DNA of 64,000 nucleotides from positions 26,306,871-26,370,870 of the forward strand of contig NC_092676.1 of assembly GCF_964355755.1 (NCBI RefSeq), read 5' to 3'. A program made the translations under genes and the position numbers. Below the pieces are notes generated by a model. It searched no databases and had not been told where the DNA came from. It saw only the letters and a list, made by a program, of their open reading frames with translations. Below are positions 54,581-64,000 of this stretch, piece by piece; position 1 is the first letter of the stretch; each line of letters begins with the position of its first letter. The DNA comes from Antedon mediterranea (taxonomy: Eukaryota; Animalia; Echinodermata).

Positions 54581-57500
54581 TTATTTATGTTTCACGCTTG
54601 ATCTTGTTACAGGTTTTTTACTTGTACTAACAGAAGACTTTTTACTACTTGGTGGCTTGGAAGTAATTTCAAATATGTAAATTCCAAGATATTGAGATAT
54701 TTGAAGGCAAATGATGGAGCAGAAACGTACCAGGTCAACTGTACACCATATCTGCAAAAAAAAAAGAGAAAGTAAATAAAAACTCTGGCTGCCACCACTG
54801 ATATCATGTGATGCATAACTAGTGGAATGACAGCTATGAGTGCTCACTGGCTAAACCCAGGGGCCCAAGAGCTTATGTTGCCCCAAAGCTTATGTGGTCC
54901 CTGAGCAGGGGCCCCAGAGCTTATGTGGTCCATGAGCAGGGGCCCCAGAGCTTATGTGGTCCATGAGCAGGGGCCCCATAGCTTATGTGGTCCCTGAGCA
55001 GGGGCCCCACAGCTTATGTGGTCCCTGAGCAGGGGCCCCAGAGCTTAGGTGGTCCCTGAGCAGGGGCCCCAAGCTTATGTGGTCCCTGAGCAGGGGCCCC
55101 ACAGCTTATGTGGTCCCTGAGCAGGGGCCCCAAGCTTATGTGGTCCCTGAGCAGGGGACCCAAAGCTTATGTGGTCCCTTAATGCAGGGCCCAGTAGAAT
55201 AAAAAGGCATAAAATATGTCGAAAAGGCTCAAAATGCTTGAGGCATTGAAAGTGATGGTAAATTGTCTAGGCCTTGCCTATTTAATAAGCCTATGATGAT
55301 TTAACCCACCCCTTCAATCATCTTCTCTGTAAAAATCCCACAGACTTGAACATGTTTTATAATTGGCAAACAAATGCAGCTTATTACTTACAGTAGCAGC
55401 CCATAGTAACACCCTTTCATCAGAGCATGGCAGACCTAGGTATTGGTTTAAAAATAACATTAACGGACCAATGAAAGCAGTATCCGCAAAATCCATACCA
55501 CTTTTAGTCATATGCGCTACCTGTTAAAAAACGATAACAATTAAATTAATAAAAACAAATATATTTTGTTGTAGGCAAGTTCATATTTTGTATTGATAAA
55601 AAATACAATTAGTTTAACTTACTATTAATTTGTTTGTAATTTTTGCAGACACAATTCCAAACATGAGAATGAATAGACAACAGTTATTTTGAAATAATTG
55701 CGTTGGTGACCTCAACATGACCATTAGGGCTAGCACCAACACGGCAGCAAAATGTATGACTGGAGATATAACACTTGTACCCTGTAGAAATTTATCAGAT
55801 TATTAATTCAAAATACTGTATATTCAAATGAACTGGAGAAGAGATAATATAAATTGATCAGGAGTTTAGGTCGAAAAGGGTCAATATTGGAAGTTATTGT
55901 AAAGGTGGATAACTTGTAGTTTGGATGTGGATTTTAATTCTAATTTAATTAGAGCTTAAATCACGAATTTTGATACACTCTTTATGTCAAATAACTTTTG
56001 TATTTGAGATACATACATTGTGTATCGCTAACTCAGATGCATAGACAAATTACAGTACAAAACTACAATCAAAGAAATAGTAAAAGGAACTATCTTGTTG
56101 CTTTTGTTCTTCCTCCGAAAACCGAAAAGTCACTTTTTTACTTGTTTTATTTCACAATTTTAATCCTTTCAAAACCTTTAATTCTTTGTATGCATTTGTT
56201 TGTGGAGAGCCTCTCGACTGTCATTTTTTATGTAATCCTGCCTCATTGATTTACATTTGTTCTGTATGTGTGTTTGTTTTTGTATTCTATATCGCGAAAT
56301 AAACAATATGATATAACATAACTCACAGCTACAGTTGATCCATTTCTGCCAGATCCTCCTTCACCGAAGATGATTGAAAATGACTGGTAGAATGTAAGCA
56401 ATGTCATAATTGTTGAAAATACTAACACAAATGTGCTTACTCTATAACCATGAATCTGAAAAACAATACCATTTGTATTCATTTGCGTGGACTGTTGTTT
56501 TTGTTTGGGCCTAGAGCACACATGCTTATGATAAACAAAATAAAATTATATCAAAAATGTAAAATTCAATGCTCTCTACAGATCAAAGTACATTCTGAAA
56601 GAAATTCGGATTTATTAATGTTAGTCCATTAATAGCAATCAATAGACAGTCTTTGGAATAAAAGTAAATAATTGTTTTGAAGATATCGTGAATTTAATAG
56701 TCAAAACGCATAAGGCAACATCCTTACTTGATAGGACCAGATTCCAGGCCCAAACAAGCCACTAATAAATAGAGAGCCTATGATACACAGTTGGGTTTCT
56801 GTCACATCAAATCTGTAATTAAGAAGGTAAAACTCACTATATGTTCAATTATAAAAGAAAATATTGAAACTAGCCTACTAAAGTTTATTATTCAATTTGT
56901 TGGCATGCATTCCTTTCTGCTGGGAACACAAATTAATCAACATATCAACATAAATTATATAAAAGTGTGTGAATAAAAATTTATCTTAAATCTAAAGTCT
57001 TTAACACAACCAAATTATTCTGCAAAGCAAACTTTAAAGCAATGAAAAGGTTATTTACTTTCCAAACCGTAGTGTTCCTGAAACGTAAGTTTGCCAGTGT
57101 GCCGTGTAAAACAGCAACAGCCCAGCAAAACACATGAAAAAGAATTCATTTGGATGTGCTCCTAGCTGCAGTGTTATTGAAGTTGCAATGCCTACAAAAA
57201 CTGAAAAAAAAAATCATGAAAACATTATGTAAGATACAGTATATATCATGTATTGTGTCTGGATATTTTTTTATACAAATATTCTAGTAACTTTAAAGCT
57301 CTGTCTACACTATCATACTTTATGTGACAACAAAATGTGATGTGCCTATATATGGACATCATGATGTCATATCACTACCATATTTGGACACATCATACTT
57401 TTTGTCAAACTTGTGTGATAGTGTAGACAGAGCTTTACAGTTGTAAAATGCTTTGTTTTTGTCCTGAAATATTTTTAAAAATTAAAATAAATAAAATAGA

Positions 57501-58204
57501 GTAATCAATGTGTGCCGTAGAATACCTGTTGACACCGCGTCACACCCGTGATCAAAGAGTTCTCCCAACGGACTGCTGCTATTAGTTCGCCTCGCTTGCT
57601 TCCCGTCAAGTGCATCTAGTGTTTGATATATGAAAAGACAAACGGCACAGAAAATATATACAAAGCCTGGTGCCTGTGAAAAAGAAAACAATTTTTATGT
57701 ATTTTATTGGTACTATTTATTAATCTACTTTATCAGCACGGTCAACCAGGCATGCTTGCTATATCGACCATGCTGATAGTCAATTTGGTGTAGATAGTGT
57801 CTATCAGCATGATCAACCATTCATGGAATTTATTTACATATACAAGAGGTCAAGCAATATGGAAAATTTTAAAAGTTCAATAATTTATTAATAAGAATTT
57901 AGAAGCACAGCAAACCGTGCCAATAGAAATTAAGTAAGCCAAATTTAATTCATATAAATATTCTCACCTCCTCCGATCCAGTTGGGCAATAAAACATCAA
58001 AAGGACTGAGCTAACAATGTTTAACGCTAGGCCTGACAATGTCAAAGTGTTTGGAGCGATCGAGCGAGGGACCTTCTCGATAGCCCAATTCCAAAAAGGC
58101 TGCATGACCGCTTCCGCGATCGACTTGCCATGTGAGCTATATTTGTGCTCCTCCAATCGCTTTAGTTGGCTTGCCTCAAGAATTGTTGAAGTTAAAATCG
58201 ACAT
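54581..58204 (-). CDS. CEPT1: Choline/ethanolamine phosphotransferase (CEPT1/CHPT1 pro-ortholog, ~399 aa)
   Basis: Exons 57968-58204, 57526-57673, 57059-57200, 56728-56812, 56327-56455, 55623-55781, 55392-55520, 54581-54751. CDP-alcohol motif [27 protein letters not shown]; also [46 protein letters not shown]. Confidence 0.95.
54868..55180. repeat. 32-33-bp GC-rich minisatellite (AGCTTATGTGGTCCCTGAGCAGGGGCCCC), ~9 full copies, inside a hAT-like remnant
   Basis: Read directly; the upstream flank matches the 43302 element. Confidence 0.93.
57297..57434. mobile_element. Representative copy of the dominant ~140-bp MITE family (TIR AGCTCTGTCTACACTATCAAACT, TWA flanks; PIF/Harbinger-like)
   Basis: Other full or partial copies start near 1527, 5382, 8062, 11875, 15091, 17215, 23673, 24768, 25841, 30368, 30837, 31650, 36339, 37450, 39612, 45023, 45340, 45919, 51353, 60482, 61685, 62165 and 62820. 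Confidence 0.92.
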
Positions 58205-58269
58205 TTTAATTTTTGCAGGTAGAAGCAATGCAAATAAAAATTATCAAAGGAAGAAATTGCAGCAAAACA

Positions 58270-58500
58270 CCATAAAACGACCTCTTTACCATCAAACAAC
58301 CGGTTGTTTTGCTCGATAAAATCCCTCAACGACGTACGTCTCGATCTGATCCTCCCCTTCACATTTGACGTTGGTGGCGTAAGTGTTTTTGCGGATTGAT
58401 ATTTAGATTGTGCGCATGCGTAAATAAAGAGAGAACAACGACCGAATTCACATCACGAAATAAAGGGAGAGTTGATGAAACCCTTACTAACTGGGTAGAT
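58270..58500. promoter_or_regulatory. Probable bidirectional promoter shared by CEPT1 (-) and BRD10 (+)
   Basis: Head-to-head genes; CpG-rich patch with NRF1-type TGCGCATGCG (58411-58420) and TGACGT (~58366). Confidence 0.6.
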
Positions 58501-59356
58501 TTCATTATGAATTGGTATATTGCGATTTCTGCTTAATTTTGTATTATCTATGATGTACATTTATATTATGATATAACTATAATTTATTTATCAAATTAGT
58601 TGATTCAATGTTTTAGTTGTTTCGATACCCACAAGTCAACGGAGTTCTTTGTGGCAGAAAAGACGCCTGTTCACACCACTGAGTTGTATGCTGTACTACT
58701 GTGTGTGTGAGGCTTGGTGGTAACTATAATGTTAAGTTGTGAATGAATGAAAGTTTCTTTGCTGACGATTCATTCGTCAGCCAAGTTTGTTTTCATTGAA
58801 CTGAACTACAATCTGGGTGCAGTATCACTAGAACTTGTGATCAAAGAACATTAATAATTTGTTCTTATTAAACACTTACTTAATGTAATTCTGGCATTGT
58901 TAATACTTTTCTATATAATATTTTATTTTAAAACTAAAATTTAAAAAGAAGAATTGTGGATTTTGTTTTAAATTTAATTGCTTAAAAACTTTTTTGTTAA
59001 ATATGTAGATTTTTTATTTCATAAATGTATGAAAGTAATTAATTGTAAACAATCTAATGGAGATGGTGTGGTTCGAGTACACAGTCCTAATAGTAATATA
59101 TCTCATCTTTCTTTATTACCCAATAAAAAATACTACAATTTATATTATAAATAAGATGGATCAATAATTGGAACTAAAAAATAGTAATGTCTAATCATTT
59201 TTAATGTCTCTGTGTTATTATTAATATTATGTTGCATTTTTCAATTGATTCAATTTTCAGGTTTTTTTTCAGGAAGCACTTATCAGGAAGCTTATAATTT
59301 TATTGAAATTTATTTTTAGGTTTTCTGATCTTGATTAACAGCGAATTTTAATAATA

Positions 59357-62300
59357 ATGGAAAAAAAAGCAGAATATTATAACAGCACAAGTTATGGACA
59401 AACGTATGAAGATGTTTCTGATAAAACCCTTTCAATTCAAAATATGTTGCGGTCAATAACAAGTGAAAAGGATGAAATGAAGAATAAAGAGGAAGCAGAG
59501 AATGGAATGTCTGACAATTCCAGTACCACCAGTGATGTATCCGAATTGTCTCGTGATAATTCTAACCAATCAAAAGCCCAATTTGTCGATGTGGATGTAG
59601 GAGATACTCCGATGGAAACAGTTCCAGTAGAAGATACATCTAAATCCACAAAACCTAAGGAAACTCCAAAAGTAGTGAAGAAAAAATTGATTTTGAATTC
59701 TGATTTAAAGGCAGCTCACAAGATATTAATGCAGATTATGTCTGACAGAGCAAATTATGCCTTTATGGATGAGATCGACGTTGTAGCATTGAATCTATGG
59801 GACTATCATGACCGCATTAAAGAACCTATGTGGCTGACTAAAAGTAAGTCATTGATACAAGGTTAAAGAATTAAACCTGAAACAGAAGTCGTAGCAGCAG
59901 AAGCAATGTGCTTAGCATTTCTATTGGCACCTTGATTGAACATTTGTACTTAAGGGTCTTTCATACCTGTTCCGGCATTGTTTCCGGTCCGACACGGACA
60001 AATAAAATCGAACGTCAATGTTTCGTTCTCACGGCTACGCACACATTTATTGCCCAAAGGTGCGTACCGTGGAGCTTTGAGAAAAATGAAAGAAGAAGCA
60101 GAGAATTTGATTTGCCCATGTCTGACAGGAACTGTGCCGGAACAGGTGTGAAAGACCCTTTAAAAAAAGTCCACACCATTTTTTACAGTATGTTAGGGAT
60201 AATAATGTGATTTATTACCTTTACTACATAGTGTGTATAATTAAATGTTAATCAAATTTTTGTTTGTTTACAACAGTCGAAGAAAAATTTGAAACTAATG
60301 AATACTCGACCATCACCGAGGTTATTCGAGATCTTCGACTTATGTTGGAGAACTGCTACCGCTACAACGGATTAAATCACTACGTCTCTAAACAAGGCAT
60401 GAAGTTGGAACAGGCCCTTGAAACTAAATTGTCATTACTTCCAAGGTATGCGCAAGACATTTGCTTAACCACAGAGACTAAAGCTCTGTCTACACTCTCA
60501 AACTTTATGTGACAAAGAAATGTGAAGTGTCCATATATGGACATGATGATGTCATAACACTACCATATTTTGGAATTTATCACTACCATATATAGGCACA
60601 ACACATTTTACTGTCACATAAAGTTTGGTAGTGTAAACAGAGCTTCATAATAATATTCTCTCTGAATCATCTAGTTTAAAGGCCAGGTGCGGGCAAAAAA
60701 TTTCTATTGATCATACATTCCAATAATTATCGATCTATAGTTTGCCCTATGTTTCATAATTTTTGGGATTTTATTTGTGTTACACGAGCTTGTTGAAAAT
60801 AAGCACTTTCTTATCAGTGGGGGGATAGTTCAAATTGCACAGTAAAATCTCTATTCTTTTGTACACAAATTTTGTAAATAGAGAGGAATTTTAAAAAGCT
60901 ACGAAAAATAAACAGTGTGGTAAAAAATGTTATCAGATGACTTAAGTATAGGTAATATAACTTGAATATTACATTTCTGGAATTTTTATTCAACTTCAAA
61001 TTTTTATTTTCATGCTATAGCAAAAATTATCCACCGTATATCCACCATCTTTTTTCACCTTCTAGGGAGTCACAAGACATGTTATTACATTAGGTTAACT
61101 ACCTAACTACTGAAAAAAGGTCTTTATGGTTTTTATGGAAGAATTTTGCAAAATTTTGTATTTGGCCATATTAAGGGAAATTCATGTTTTTTCGTCTTGA
61201 TTTCTGTTACAAATATTTGATTTATGTACAATTAACCAAATATTATATTTAAAATTCATGCCTGTACCTGAGCTTTAAAGCAACACATTTAATTTAATTA
61301 CAAATGGTCCTGTAATATAGATTGTTTATTCTTAAAAAAAAATTGTTTTCATCTTTTACAGGATTCTGCAGGTGCAAACTACTCTATATGTAACATCTAA
61401 TGGAAAGTTTGGGGAACCCCCTGTGACATCATCAACCTCGCTTACTGGTATGTACAGTGGTTTGGTTAATTAACAGACAAATTTATCCGATTAAAGGGCC
61501 ATATTTAATTTCATCACAGCTTTTATCACTACCCAGTTTCTCGGAAAAGTGATATTTGATGGTTCTATTAATTGTTGTATTGCCCAGTCAGCTTTTTGTA
61601 GACTTTTTGAGAATTGTATGTAATGCGGGACTACCGACTACTGCATGTTCGAAAACCAACGACTAAAACCCATATATAGCCTAAAGTTCTGTCTACACTA
61701 TCGAACTAGTTTGACAAAAGAAAGTGTGATGTGCCCAAATATCATTTTTGTGTCGCATAAATTTTGATAGTGTAGACAGAGCTTTAGTCATATTTATCTC
61801 AACCTTTAAACTCAAAAACATTAATTATCTGTATAATGCCATATAGGACGGAGGAGAACAAGTGGAAGATTCAACGCCGATGGTGCCTCTACACCTCTAT
61901 CTAACTGTATACAGGATGAATTCCTTAATGCCAAACTGGATGAGAAAAAACGGCAACAACAGGAACGCCATGAAGAACTTCTTCGGTACCGGAAAGAAGT
62001 AGATGAATGGGAGAGAGATCTATTAAAAGAGCCAAATCAACAGCAATTGAATGCAATGTGGGAGGTTGGTTTTAAGTGATTTATATATTGTATCTAAGTA
62101 TACAGTGCGACATTGATCTAAATCCATTATGCATGCAATATAATATGACATGATATAATATAATATGGACATGATGATGTCATATCACTACCATATTTGG
62201 GCATATCACTACCATATTTGGGCACATCACACTTTTTTTGTCAAACTAGTTTGATAGTGTAGACAAACCTTAAAAACTTTGTAGATTGACATCTATTATA

Positions 62301-63894
62301 ATCTGGAGTATAGTATTTATAATGTGTTCAATCTTCGGATATTAAATAGTATATTAATTATTTTTTACTGTATTAAAAATATTAAGTATTTCTTTTCTCT
62401 TTTTTTAGATACCTGCAATTGGACAATTTCTACTGCTATTTCAAGAAACGCTTGCCTTGAACGAATCTTCATATTACGAATTAGAGCGGTGCTTTCTCAT
62501 ACCCCGGGAAAGTAAATTATTAGCCCAGATTTTTACTTGTTTACTGAGCTCTCCAACACAAAGGAAAAGGTAAATGATAGAATGGGGTGGAGTCAGATCT
62601 GGGTGGAGTAGTAAAAGGTTTTATGTTTCCATTATTTTACTTTGTTTCCAGTGATTTTATTTCAAGTGAATATTTTTTTTATAGGGAAATAAGCAAGAAT
62701 ATGGGAATGGCAATGCCATATAATGTTTGGCATAGAAAGTTGAAAGAAAAAGTACAGAAATGGTACCAGGTTGTAGATAACTGGCAAGATACACAGTGGG
62801 TAAGTGAAACAATAGCTTAAGCTCTGTCTACACTATCAAACTTTATGTGACAAAAATATGTGATATGTCCATATATGGGCATGATGATGTCACATCACTA
62901 CTATATTTAAGCATATCACTACCATATTTGGGCACATCACACTATTTTTGTCAAACTAGTTTGATAGTGTGGACAGAGCTTTAGCAGTCAAGTCCTTATT
63001 TTATGTCTGTTGAAAGAAGTTGGCCTTCTTCTGAACTAATTAAAGACTATAAAATATAAGCCTAGAAGTTATAAATTCTTATTATATATATACTCCTTTT
63101 AAAAAACCTATATCAATGAGTATGTTGTGACCAAATGTATTTTTTTTTATTAGGCTGCCTCTGATCTAGGAATTGACGTACATTTTTTCGAAGTGATGGG
63201 CGACACATTTCCTCTGGATGACTACCAGTACCATGAATTATCTTATTATCAACGTGTAATATTAATGAAGGCTGTATGTGACCATTGTCTTGTAAGTATA
63301 AATATTTTTTTCAATTATGTTGTTCCTTAAAACTCGCTGTATTTCACCTGGAAATCAAAATAATATCTTAATTCTCATGTCAGGAGATGCAGCCAACTTT
63401 AAGACAAAGTTTGGATGCGCAACTAAGCAACCAAGATCAACGTGCAATTGTTCTAGGAGAAGACTCCAGTGGCAATACTTACGTTCATTTTCCACAGTTT
63501 TGTGGCTATGACCTCAGGGTATACAAGCAAGCACCATTCCCAGAACCAGAACTCCGGTATATTGAAGTGGATGAGCCAGATGAACCAGAAAAGGTAATTT
63601 AAGAAGTAAATTTTCTTAAATTTTATGAGAGAAAAAAAAACATTTTATCTTGACCAATTAAAGTGTATTATTTCCTAAAATATATTTTTCTTTAATTTAA
63701 GAAGTAATTTCTTTACATTTTATGATAAAGAAGTCATTTTTATATTGATCAATAAGTTTATTATAATTTCCAAAATATTTTTTTTTCAGATGGATGTTGA
63801 AAATAAAGAAAGCACAATTAATAATGAATGTGAAGATGAGGCCAACAAGATTGCATCACCAGAACAAAGAAAGAGGCCGAGCAATTTACGACAG
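59357..63894 (+). CDS. BRD10: Bromodomain protein BRD10/KIAA2026 ortholog, 5' part; continues beyond the window
   Basis: Exons 59357-59843, 60277-60445, 61362-61447, 61847-62064, 62409-62569, 62685-62799, 63154-63291, 63384-63593, 63790-63894, all in phase. Bromodomain DYHDRIKEPMWL..DLRLMLENCYRYNG..SKQGMKLEQ; KIAA2026-type MWEIPAIGQFL, YELERCFL and YVHFPQFCGYDLRVYKQ. Confidence 0.88.
59953..60159. mobile_element. MITE with ~25-bp TIRs and TTA TSD (PIF/Harbinger-like)
   Basis: TTA|AGGGTCTTTCATACCTGTTCCGGCA ... TGCCGGAACAGGTGTGAAAGACCCT|TTA; degenerate relative at ~14077-14165. Confidence 0.85.
60680..61274. mobile_element. 595-bp TTAA-flanked DNA transposon (Kolobok-like), copy 2
   Basis: Same ends and interior as 37758-38352. 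Confidence 0.9.
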
Positions 63895-64000
63895 GTATTT
63901 CATAATAAATAATTTTATCTATATCATTATCTGTAAATGTGATCCAATTTGTTTGTCTAGTTTGTATTTTAAATATTAGTAATGAATATAACTACTGATT

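Overview
AT-rich, intron-rich animal genomic DNA; the repeat types suggest an invertebrate deuterostome, possibly an echinoderm (inference). Seven spliced genes were reconstructed by hand from GT-AG boundaries and reading-frame phases. Minus strand: RFX4 (2062-8851), an ALDH3-family aldehyde dehydrogenase (12365-19276), ARF6 (25547-31945), a G-protein gamma subunit (39982-40767), CDC50/TMEM30A (42885-52660) and CEPT1/CHPT1 (54581-58204). Plus strand, running off the window: BRD10/KIAA2026 (from 59357). Introns hold many non-autonomous DNA transposons (one ~140-bp MITE family has ~24 copies), a 5'-truncated LINE with an intact RT ORF, a Deu-domain SINE and a Penelope-type hammerhead remnant. 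The top finding is the 3' end of ALDH3. Two tandem-duplicated exons (13305-13385 and 12768-12903) are each enclosed by one of two crossing intronic inverted repeats. They splice into one terminal exon read in two frames, giving either a polybasic CaaX tail (KKSRNRSR-CTVM*) or a transmembrane tail anchor (...GFLLK-YCDVTKIY*). Other findings include U12-type introns in ARF6 and TMEM30A and several classes of transposon excision footprint. All coordinates, counts and family assignments are by eye; nothing was run computationally.
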